DNA from: Candidatus Latescibacterota bacterium
GTDB lineage: Bacteria; Latescibacterota; UBA2968; GCA-2709665
NCBI GenBank assembly: GCA_963662665.2
Contig: CAXXJS010000060.1
Location: forward strand, 1 to 22,544
DNA: 22,544 nucleotides
Direction of reading: 5' to 3'
In this document: piece by piece, positions 9,225 through 17,904 of the stretch
Layout: every line of letters begins with the position of its first letter
Numbering within the stretch: position 1 is the stretch's first letter
Made by a program: the position numbers and the translations under genes
The notes under the pieces: generated by a model
The model's database searches: none
The model's input: the letters and a program-made list of their open reading frames with translations, nothing else
What the model was told of the DNA's origin: nothing

Positions 9225-12071
9225 TCAATGAAGTGGATCACCCTCCTCAGCCTCGGATTTCAACGCCAGGGAGGCAAGCCGCAGCTTGACGCGCATGGTG
9301 GTTCCCTTGCCGGTACCTGCGCTTATCGGGTAGATCTGTCCGCCGGATCCGATGATGAAATTGGCTATCGAGTGGAGCCCCAGGCCGCTCCCTACTTCCT
9401 TGGTCGTATATCCCGCCGCAAAGATGATCTTGAGGCGTTTTTCTTCGATGCCGATACCGTTGTCAATCACGTCGATGACGAGGTAGTCCTTTTGAATGTA
9501 GGACCGAATCTGAATTGAGGGATTCGCCTGGAGTCCGCCCGTTTTCTCGAGATCGTCGATGGCTTCAATGGCGTTCTTGACGAGATTGACCAACATCTGA
9601 TGAAACTTGCTTTCCTGGATCCGAATCTCTTCCGGTGCGTTCCGGCAGTCGACCCGGACCTCGACCCCTCTCTTGCCAAGTGAATCCTGGAGCAGTTTGG
9701 TGGCGTCGGAGATAGCTTTGAGAAGGTTAATGTCTTTGCGCGCAAGGGCGCCCGTGTCAATCGACCGTTGGGTTCGGATGATATCGACGATGTGCGCCAC
9801 CCTGCCTTCCACGCGTTCGGCCGTCCGGGTCAGCTCCGCATTTTGCGCGGCAAAATCCCGGGCAAGGCCGAGAATGAACGGCATCACCTTCCGGCCCTGG
9901 GGGTCCGTTCTCAGGTAGCTGATCCAGTCGTTTTGATGTTTTTCAATGGCCCCGGCAAGCGCAGACAGGCGGTGTACCAACTCGTTATTCCCCAGCTCCT
10001 CATGAATCGTCCCCATGCCGATGGCGACGCTGTTGATCGCATTACCGATGTTGTGGAGGATCGTGTCCACAATCTCCAGTCTTCCCTGTGCGAACGCCTC
10101 AGAAAGGGCTTCTTCCGCGAGCCTGCGCTCGGTCACGTCGCGGAACACGATCACGCCGCCCTTCGCGATACCCGCATCGTCCTGGAGAGGTCTCCCGCTA
10201 ACGCTTATGTAGACGCCTTCCGGCACGTTCGAATTGCGGATGAATATCTCCACTTCGTCGCAGGGTTCGCCATGGATAGCGCGAACCAACGGAAGTTCCT
10301 CTATTGGAAACGGCGTTTCCCTGTCGGGAAAGAAAATACCGTACTTTTCCGTCCATTGATCCGGGCCCGCGTCCGTCATACCGATTCCGACGATGCGTTC
10401 CGCACTGGGATTGAAGATTGTGAAGTTCCCGTTTTCGTCGGCGACGACCACGCCGTCGCTGATGCTGTTGAAAATGGTCTCCATGGCGTGAGTCTGCACT
10501 TGCAAGTCTTCGGCCGTTTTTTTCAGTTTACTTTCCGCTTCCCTGACCCTGCTGACGTCCCGAAGGGTGATCACGCCGCCTTTGATTCTGTCTGTATCAT
10601 CCCGAAGCGGCCTACCGTTGACGCTGATGTAAACGCCTTTGGGTCTTTCGCTATTGCGTACAAATAACTCGACGTTGTCCGTCGACTCACCCCGGATGGC
10701 GCGTGAGAGTGGAAGTTCGGCGGTTGGAAAGGGCGTCTCACCGTCAGGATGGAAAAAACCGTATATACCGGACCGTCTCGAAAACTCAGCATCCGGAACC
10801 TGCATCCCTATAATGCGTTTCGCGCTTGGGCTGAAGATCAGGTATTCTCCTTTTTCATCGGCAACGACCACACCGTCGCTGACACTGTTGAAAATGGCCT
10901 CCATAAGGTGGGTCTGTTCCTGCAGGTCGCGGACGGTTGTCTTCAGCTTCTTCTCGGTCAACTTCTGGGTGGTGATATCGCGAAGCACGATGACACCGCC
11001 CTCAAGTACGCCCGAGTCGTCCTGAAGGGGCCTCCCGCTGACGCTTATGCTGACGCCGTCCGGCCTTTCGCGATTGCGGATGTACAACTCGACGTCGTTG
11101 GAAACCTCGCCGCTCATGGCGCGCACGAGCGGGAGTTTATCCGATGGGAAGGGGGTCACCTGGTCCGGATAATACGTTCCGTAGGTCTCGGCCCATTCAT
11201 CGGTTGGGGAGTCCGTTGGTCCCATGCCGATGATGGCTTCCGCGCTTGGGTTGACGAATAGGAATTCACCGTCCTTGCCCGTTACCACGACGCCGTCGCT
11301 GACGCTATTGAAAACGGTCTCCATGAGTTGGGCTTGACTTTTCAGCTGGCTGATGGTTTCCATCAGTTTCGCTTCCTGCTCCTTGTACTTTGTAATATCG
11401 CTGAATACAACCACGCCGGCCTTGACCTCATCGCGGGAGCCGTTAATGTTCTGTATGAATCGCCCCCTGGCGCTTACGTAGGTACCGCCCGGCTTTTCTG
11501 CGTTACGCACGAATAATTCGAGATCGTCCGTAGTTTCGCCATTTATGGCGCGCACGAGGGGAAGTTGATCGGTGGGAACGGGGGTTTTCCTATCCAGATA
11601 GTATGCACCATATAAATCGGACCATTCCTCCGGCACTGAATCCACCAATCCCATGCCGAGAATGTGCTCCGCACCGGGATTGAACAGAAGCAGTTTGCCT
11701 GACGAATCGCAGACCACCACGCCCTCATCCATATTGTCAAATACTGTTTCCATGAGCTCGCTTCGATCGTGCAGTTCGGAGACCGTCTGTTCCAATCGGG
11801 ATTCCGTTTCGGTGACCTGCTCAAGGGCGCGCTCCAGTTGCCTCCGTTCTCTCTTGAGCTGTTCGTTGTTGGCAAGCAGGTGGGAATACATACGTTGGCT
11901 TGAGGTTTCGTGGCCCCACCCGATAAGCGAAACGAAGATATAGCCAATGAAAAACCGGAGACCCAGTTCGGTCTCGTATACGAGAGTGCCGGAAAACTCC
12001 GGCGCCAGCAACAGAAAGGCCATTGCCAGAAGAAAAATGCCCGTCAGGATTCCGCCCTCGCGTCTGCCTAG
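9225..12071 (-). pseudogene. Multi-PAS sensor histidine kinase, 3' fragment (IS-interrupted; 932-aa ORF remains from ATG 12023)
   Basis: Four PAS-like repeats (xxF[D/N]xxx[D/E]GVVV..NPxAExIxG), H-box ILHNIGN, N-box NLVKNAIEA, DNGIGI, GSGLGL; the frame is open up to the IS junction. Confidence 0.92.
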
Positions 12072-13769
12072 CCTGACCTATTCATGAATCGTCAGGGATT
12101 GCAGATTCGTGCAGCAGAAGCAGCTTTCGAGTGAGTCTAAGAACGCAGGAGAAAGCTGGCTGTGCGGAACTGGCGTTTTCAAGCGATTTCAGGGTGTATT
12201 TTTGTAGCAGGGTTGCGTGGAGGCGTCAGGATGACCTTGTTGTGACTGCCAAGAGCACAGACTTCTCCATGGCTTTTGGTGGTAGCAATCAAGACGTGAA
12301 GGCGGCCTGTTCCAGATGGAAACGTTATGGCATGGCGGTTCCCAGATTGTAGAGCATGGTTCGATAGAGGTGTTTGAGTGGAAACGCCGTTGGCAGATGG
12401 AACGTGATTTTGGTTTTCAGTTCACAAACGCGCCCGGCGACTTTCAAGATGCGGTTTTGCAGCGTATTAAACTGGGCGTTCGTCCACGTGGTGCCGCGCA
12501 ACCCGATATGGGCCAGGGCGTGCACCAACACATAGGCGGCGCTGTGGAGAAAGAGCCGGAAGTGATTGGCGTGGAAGGTGTGGCAAGAGGTGCGATCGGA
12601 ATGCAGAAAGGTCTTGTGATTCTTGATGAAGTTTTCCATCCTGCCGCGTGAGCAATAAGCGGTTTTGTAGATGAATGACGGTTGTGCGCCGTTCAGGTTG
12701 GTGACCACGAATCGGATATTGTGACCTTGCGGGGTGACTTCTGCCTTGCAGATGATGCGGCGTGGGGAAGACCAGCTGCCGGCCTGATAGTCCCAACAGC
12801 GATACAGGCGCACAGGTTTTCCCCCATCGGCATACAGCGCTTTGGCCTGGTCCATCAAGGGCTGTGCCAACCGCAGCAGCACCGCGTTTCCGCCTTGTCC
12901 GAGGATAAAAAACACATCGTTTTCGTCACACATCGTGTGCACTTCCGGACACGAAAAGTGTGAATCGCCACGCAACAGGATCTTGACATCGGGCCATGCT
13001 TTACGCAGGTAGGCGATCACCCGTTTGAGAATCGACACGATCTCTTTGCCCGTGGGTCGGCGGCCCGGACGCAAGACCGTCGTGATCAACTTGCCGGTTT
13101 GCCCTTCATAGATATGCAGGGGTTGGTAGCAATAGCCCTTGAAATACGCATTGAATAACGACAACTGCTGGGATCCATACACCTTGTCTTCCGTGTCATC
13201 GATATCCAACAGAATGGCTTCAGGGGGGTGCTTATACGAGGCGATAAACGCATCGGCAAAGGCCTTCGCGATACGATATAAGTCACCTCTGGTGATCCGG
13301 TTCTCGAACCGACTCATCGTGGGTTGACTGGCCAGGTTGGCACCGGTGACCGGCAACCGATCGCAGGCCGCCTTGAAGCCGGGGTCACTACGCAACGCAT
13401 TGCAGTCGTTCGCATCCTCATACCCACACGCCATCTGAAAGACACGCTGAGTCAGCAGGTCCACCGACGGGTGATCCACGTAACTTGGATGCCGACGATC
13501 TGTTATCGCCTCGACGATCCGACACAAAATGCCGATTCTGGATTCCACCTCGCGAAGCAGCATCGCCCCGGTGTCGCTGGTCAGCATGCCCCCGTCGAAG
13601 GTGGCTTCTACCCGTTTGCCAGAAACACTTGCGAAAGACATCCTTTGTTGTTTATCTTGACCTGCCACGGTAGTTTCCTCCCGGTTCATTGTTATCAGGT
13701 TATTCTCGTAACCATAATATAATACAATGACTTGGGTAAGGAAACTACCTTTTTTGTGAATTATTCAGA
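12072..13769 (-). mobile_element. IS1380-family insertion sequence, 1698 bp, CTAG target-site duplication
   Basis: CTAG at 12068-12071 and 13770-13773; imperfect terminal inverted repeats CCTGACCTATTCATGAA vs TCTGAATAATTCACAAA; single transposase; removal restores the host reading frame. Confidence 0.95.
12325..13668 (-). CDS. IS1380-family DDE transposase
   Basis: FDGGMLTSDTG, GYEDANDCNALRSDP, LASQPTMSRFE, LDIDDT, LRGDSHF, RGRMENFIK motifs. GTG 13668 preferred (GGAGG RBS) over ATG 13689. Confidence 0.95.
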   Translation of the reverse strand: MAGQDKQQRMSFASVSGKRVEATFDGGMLTSDTGAMLLREVESRIGILCRIVEAITDRRHPSYVDHPSVDLLTQRVFQMACGYEDANDCNALRSDPGFKAACDRLPVTGANLASQPTMSRFENRITRGDLYRIAKAFADAFIASYKHPPEAILLDIDDTEDKVYGSQQLSLFNAYFKGYCYQPLHIYEGQTGKLITTVLRPGRRPTGKEIVSILKRVIAYLRKAWPDVKILLRGDSHFSCPEVHTMCDENDVFFILGQGGNAVLLRLAQPLMDQAKALYADGGKPVRLYRCWDYQAGSWSSPRRIICKAEVTPQGHNIRFVVTNLNGAQPSFIYKTAYCSRGRMENFIKNHKTFLHSDRTSCHTFHANHFRLFLHSAAYVLVHALAHIGLRGTTWTNAQFNTLQNRILKVAGRVCELKTKITFHLPTAFPLKHLYRTMLYNLGTAMP

Positions 13770-14085
13770 CTAGGAAAAAGAATAGCAGGAACGGCATCAC
13801 GAGGTGATAAAAGAGAAAGGTTGGTGTGAATGCGGCGAGACAAAGCAGTCCGACCCCCGCTCCCAACAGGACGACGCGAAAGGCTATTCTGGGTTCAGCC
13901 CCCAGAAGGAGTCCTCCTCCGCCTCCGGCGACGATCAACGCCATGAGGATGTGGATCCACATTGCTTCGATGTTACCGCCCAGAAAGTTGCGAATTGAAT
14001 AGACGGCAAGGACTATCAACCCGACGGAACAGGCGACTAGGAAGACCTGCTTCTGGTGACCGACTTGTACATTCCTTGATTCCAT
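13770..14085 (-). pseudogene. Multi-PAS histidine kinase, 5' transmembrane fragment
   Basis: GGAGGT RBS; about four hydrophobic segments; ends ..LFFFL at the IS and continues in frame as GRREGGILTGIFLLAMAFLL on the other side. Confidence 0.9.
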
Positions 14086-14218
14086 CGTCTGATACCTCCG
14101 AGATTCGGCCTGCGCCGGACCGCATCTGAGTCAAGCGTGATTGCCGGTCGGTGCCGCTCCGGCATTTTTCGCGCTAATCTGGTTTAAGACTTTTACGAAT
14201 CGTAACATTAGAGATGAT

Positions 14219-14285
14219 AATTTAACGATTATTTGTTGAATTAATGATGAATTCTTGGATATTTTTATTGAATTAATGATGAATT
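14219..14285. promoter_or_regulatory. 67-bp AT-rich element with four TGAATT hexamers (copy A), upstream of the kinase gene
   Basis: TGAATT at 14237, 14248, 14269, 14280; gap-free match to 15576-15642. Confidence 0.7.
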
Positions 14286-14777
14286 GTGGCCTATTTTCTA
14301 TAATAAGGGTCCGAAACTTGCGACAGCCGTCAAACACATCCACAGCACGGCGAAATATAACCGGTACATAAAAACCTCCCCCGTCACGAAGGTGGACATT
14401 TCAATCCCTCAAGTGCACCTCTTCACCGATCACATTCGGTAACCGGGTGAAACGTCGTCTTGCTAAGTCAATTCGCAGTTGTTCTTCCGTCCAAATTCCC
14501 GTGAAAACAACTGAAATATGTCGAATCAGGGTTGAAGCATTGCGCCAGGAGAATGCAACGGTGGAGCGCCGCACAGATGTGGAATCCCTCGTACACCATC
14601 GTGACTGCGGCGTGAATGTCCGAAGCGTTTCCGCAGGGCGCATGGATCCATTGACTCCATGTTGTCCTTCGTTACTTGATTGTCTTCGCTTGTATATGCG
14701 AGGATGCAGCTGAGAATCTTCGGCAAGAATGGAATTCGCTGAAAAGCAAGGTCCTTAAATGTCGTCATCGCAGAGAT

Positions 14778-14960
14778 CTAAAAGCCCTCCCCCGGCCCCT
14801 CCGCCCAATCTTCGTATTTTGATCGTTTTGCTCTGTGCTTCTCACAGATCCGGTTTTCGGGTCCGGTACTTTTAAACATTCTCCCACAGTTCAGGCATTT
14901 GCGCATCTTACGTTGATCGTAGCCAACGTAATCTCTGCCGCGATAGTTTGGGCAACCCAT
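14778..14960 (-). CDS. Small putative zinc-binding protein (60 aa)
   Basis: GAGGA RBS; RKCLNCGRMFKSTGPENRICEKH = CxxC-x13-CxxH. Confidence 0.65.
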   Translation of the reverse strand: MGCPNYRGRDYVGYDQRKMRKCLNCGRMFKSTGPENRICEKHRAKRSKYEDWAEGPGEGF

Positions 14961-15236
14961 GGCGACGGTTCCTCAGAAGCGGTTAGGAAGTTGCAGCTTT
15001 CGGAATTTCACCAATAACCACGCACCTGTATTTCGGTGAATACACCACAAAAGGCGCCTTTTTACATTGAAGCGGTCTTCGAAACGCGTTTCAGCTCCCT
15101 ATTGAATTCGCTATATCCACGAAAACCTCGCATGTTACTTGTGCTATCTCCTTCCCGCATTTCCGGTTCAGGCCGATCTCGTTGGACGTCAGTATTCGGC
15201 AGGAGGACGAGGGGCCCATTTGGCGCTGGGGCCTTC

Positions 15237-15440
15237 CTACCGAATGGGTGGATGGTTGGTTGCCGCCATCATTTTCAATGGGACAATAAGTTTCCGGCTT
15301 GATTGCCTTCCCTGGTATACGCCAGGCAGAAGCTGAAAGGTATTGAGGGCAATGCGGACAATGTTGTATTTCCGGGGCGAAGAGCGAGCGGTATCAATAC
15401 GATCGCGTACCTCCTTTTCCGTCAATTTCGTGGTCTTCAT
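15237..15440 (-). CDS. Small hypothetical protein (67 aa)
   Basis: ATG start, protein-like N-terminus, same distance from regulatory copy B as the kinase ATG is from copy A; no clear RBS or motif. Confidence 0.3.
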   Translation of the reverse strand: MKTTKLTEKEVRDRIDTARSSPRKYNIVRIALNTFQLLPGVYQGRQSSRKLIVPLKMMAATNHPPIR

Positions 15441-15575
15441 CAGCAGATCGACGGCCGCACCGTTCGGATGTCTTCGTAATGTCGTGACAATTCAGGGTTC
15501 TTGTGCTGGCAGATCAATAGGTTCGCCCTTTCACCATACATCGCTCGACCTATGACGTCGAAGAAGCAATACAGC

Positions 15576-15642
15576 AATTTAACGAATTTTTGTTGAATTA
15601 GCGATGAATTAATGCATGGCTTTGATGATTTTATGATGAATT
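15576..15642. promoter_or_regulatory. 67-bp AT-rich element (copy B)
   Basis: TGAATT at 15594, 15605, 15637 and TGATTT at 15626; 53/67 identical to copy A by hand count. Confidence 0.7.
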
Positions 15643-16262
15643 CTATTGCGAATTGGGTCGGCGATCCACCGAACTGGACAGAAGAAGCTGAAATCGCGGC
15701 CATTAGTACTCAGTTTCGCAGCAAAGGATGGTATTGAGTGATTGCAGGTACGGTCGGAAGGGAGTGCGAAAATGAGAAGCGTCAGTCAGCGTAGTGAAAA
15801 TGCGAGTCAACTTCGCGCCCATCGCCGTGGGTCGCGCTACGTTGACACGGGCTGGAGCTTGAGGATGGCGCTCGAGAGAGGAGAGGATAAAAGTGCGGAG
15901 ACGATGCGGGGCGTGTGAAAGAGGGGCAGGCATTCCTGATTGAACGGATCATTGTCCTGATTGCGGAATCCTGAGTTAAAGACGGCGTTCGCTGGAGGGG
16001 TCGCCTCGCAAACGGCCTGGTACGGTCGGGCAACGAACTATTGTGCGGTTCGCGAGGTCCTCGCGACCTCGAAATGGCGGACTGCGCTCACGAATTCGCC
16101 GCGGCAAGCGCAGCGCGGCAGACAGGCGCAACCAAATGGGTGGAAGTAAACGCGTAAGCCGGTCCACCGGTTCATTCACCCTGATAAACTCGGGATCATT
16201 CGAAAAATCGTGGATTGCAGGCTGTGCCCGAGATTGTTGCCTCACTTGCCTACTGACGAAAT

Positions 16263-16278
16263 ATAACAAATTCGTTAT
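16263..16278. promoter_or_regulatory. Palindromic operator of the decayed toxin-antitoxin gene
   Basis: ATAAC-AAATTC-GTTAT, 9 bp before the toxin GTG. Confidence 0.6.
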
Positions 16279-16287
16279 GTTTTTCGA

Positions 16288-16540
16288 GTGAAATGGAAAA
16301 TCATATACTACAACGAAAAAGTGCAACAAAACATCCTGCGTTTACCTCCAGTCACTCAGGCGCGTTATCTTAACTTGACTGACGGAATGCAAAGATTCGG
16401 TCCTTATCCTGGATGCCACATACGCGCGCTCTTGGGACGGTTTGTTTGAACTCCGAATGAAGGCGAAAGAGGGGATCGGTCGCGTGTTCTCTTGTACGAT
16501 GGATGACGCCTATGACGTTGGGATCGTCGACGATCATTAA
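16288..16540 (+). pseudogene. Gp49/DUF891 (RelE/ParE superfamily) type II toxin remnant
   Basis: Manual translation across two 1-nt deletions (about 16412 and 16435): VKWKIIYYNEKVQQNILRLPPVTQARYLNLTDGMQRFGPYP-x-MPHTRAL-x-DGLFELRMKAKEGIGRVFSCT; the usual C-terminal LHxFxKK segment and a downstream antitoxin are absent. Confidence 0.85.
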
Positions 16541-16623
16541 GTGAGAAACGATGACCCCCCCGCGACTTTCCCTTGTTACCCCAAATCCGCTCCGGTTTTT
16601 CTCCCTTCTCCCGTTTTTGATTT

Positions 16624-16672
16624 TTCTTCCTTCTTCCCTCTTCCTTCCTCGCTCTTCCTTCTTCCTTCGTGC
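16624..16672. repeat. Degenerate heptamer tandem repeat (YTCTTCC) x 6-7 within a pyrimidine-rich tract
   Basis: ttcttcc ttcttcc ctcttcc ttcctcg ctcttcc ttcttcc ttcgtgc. Confidence 0.75.
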
Positions 16673-16692
16673 GGTTTCACTCTCCCCGCATT

Positions 16693-17841
16693 TTAGAAAT
16701 CAAACGATATCGCGGCTCGCAGGCCGTTATTCCTTGTCGGCGACACGTTCAGATTGATCCGTGAAGGGGAAACTTCCACCCAGTTTTCGGTAATTGTCCT
16801 TGCCCCGACCAGGGTTCCACACACTGTCGCGAGAGGCACAGCCAGCACCGCGTAGAAGAATCGGTCGTCGGCTTCTTGTTCTCCAACTTTTCCTCCTCTA
16901 TTGTCGTCAAATACATCATGAGGATATATCAGAAATGCCACGCCGAGCCCGGCAAGAAACCCGATCCCCAGACCCTTGATCGTGTTTCGATGACGTCCCA
17001 TGCTTACTTCCAGATTTTTAACCGAAGCGCGGGGGATCCGTTCCGTACCGCGTTCGGACAGGATCTCAAGTGTGTCCTGAACGGAACCCCTGTACGTGCC
17101 GCTTATCCCTTCCGGCGATATCGAGGGCGCTTTCAACCGGACCCTGGGTCCCTGGAGTTCACGCATCGCCTGTCTCGCTGTCCGCCAACGATTCATATCG
17201 CTGCGTTTGCGGGTAACGATAAGTCGTTCGATATCGTCCGAACGGATTTTCCATTGCACTTCGGATTCCTTCCCGGGTTTGATTACGATACGATTCGCGT
17301 CTCTACGGATAATCACACCCGTCGTGGAGCGCCTGACACCAGAAGATCTATAATCAACGTGTACGTGCCATCCGATTCTCAGCTTCCCGAGGTCGAGGTC
17401 TTCGTCGGACAACACCGTCATCGACGTCTCTTGAACCTGAAGCATCGCCCGTCTTGCCACTCGCCACAGTTCGATGCCGCCCGGGTTGTCGGCCACGGCG
17501 ATCGCTACTATATCCCGCTGCGCGATCTCCCATCCCTTCCCTTCACCCGCCGCGATGACGACTCGATTCGAATCGCAGCTGACGATACGGCCCATCGCCG
17601 CATTTTCCACCTCTTTCGAATTGAACACCACGTACGCGTACAATCCGGGCGAAAGCTCTGTTAGATCGAGTTCCTTACCAGGCAATACGGTAACTGCCCT
17701 CGTATGGAGTCTTTGAGTGGCCCCCGCGACAGCCGGGTCCGCCTGCTGCGCGCCTCGAAGTTGCACGGCCGCGTGCGCAAGGGCGGGTGCAATCGCATTG
17801 AACATCAGGGTTGTGGTCAAGATGAGTGCGGCAGTCTTCAT
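16693..17841 (-). CDS. Secreted/envelope hypothetical protein with internal domain duplication
   Basis: Start at ATG 17841 (GGAG RBS); signal peptide MKTAALILTTTLMFNAIAPALAHA; two similar ~90-aa units (TVL...LDL..L..G...G.I...D.NR.VI...W.I...DI....V...WR.AR.AM...Q); two Gly-rich hydrophobic helices; ends GLRAAISFDF. Confidence 0.85.
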   Translation of the reverse strand: MKTAALILTTTLMFNAIAPALAHAAVQLRGAQQADPAVAGATQRLHTRAVTVLPGKELDLTELSPGLYAYVVFNSKEVENAAMGRIVSCDSNRVVIAAGEGKGWEIAQRDIVAIAVADNPGGIELWRVARRAMLQVQETSMTVLSDEDLDLGKLRIGWHVHVDYRSSGVRRSTTGVIIRRDANRIVIKPGKESEVQWKIRSDDIERLIVTRKRSDMNRWRTARQAMRELQGPRVRLKAPSISPEGISGTYRGSVQDTLEILSERGTERIPRASVKNLEVSMGRHRNTIKGLGIGFLAGLGVAFLIYPHDVFDDNRGGKVGEQEADDRFFYAVLAVPLATVCGTLVGARTITENWVEVSPSRINLNVSPTRNNGLRAAISFDF

Positions 17842-17904
17842 GAAATTTCTCCCGGGTCTCTCCAGGAACCGATCTCTGTGCGGTTCGAAACGTTCTCCCA
17901 ATGA

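Noticed and set aside
14219-14285. Possible mini CRISPR array or iterons
   Set aside because: Only two ~20-bp units per copy with ~10-bp spacers; no cas or rep gene nearby.
14131-15703. Similar peptides in ORFs 14131-14343 and 15440-15703 (NSSLIQQ..VKL)
   Set aside because: Similarity is confined to the duplicated 67-bp AT-rich DNA element; better explained as non-coding.
15934-15977. Three TCCTGA direct repeats
   Set aside because: Short, irregularly spaced (21 and 14 bp) and without a clear associated gene.
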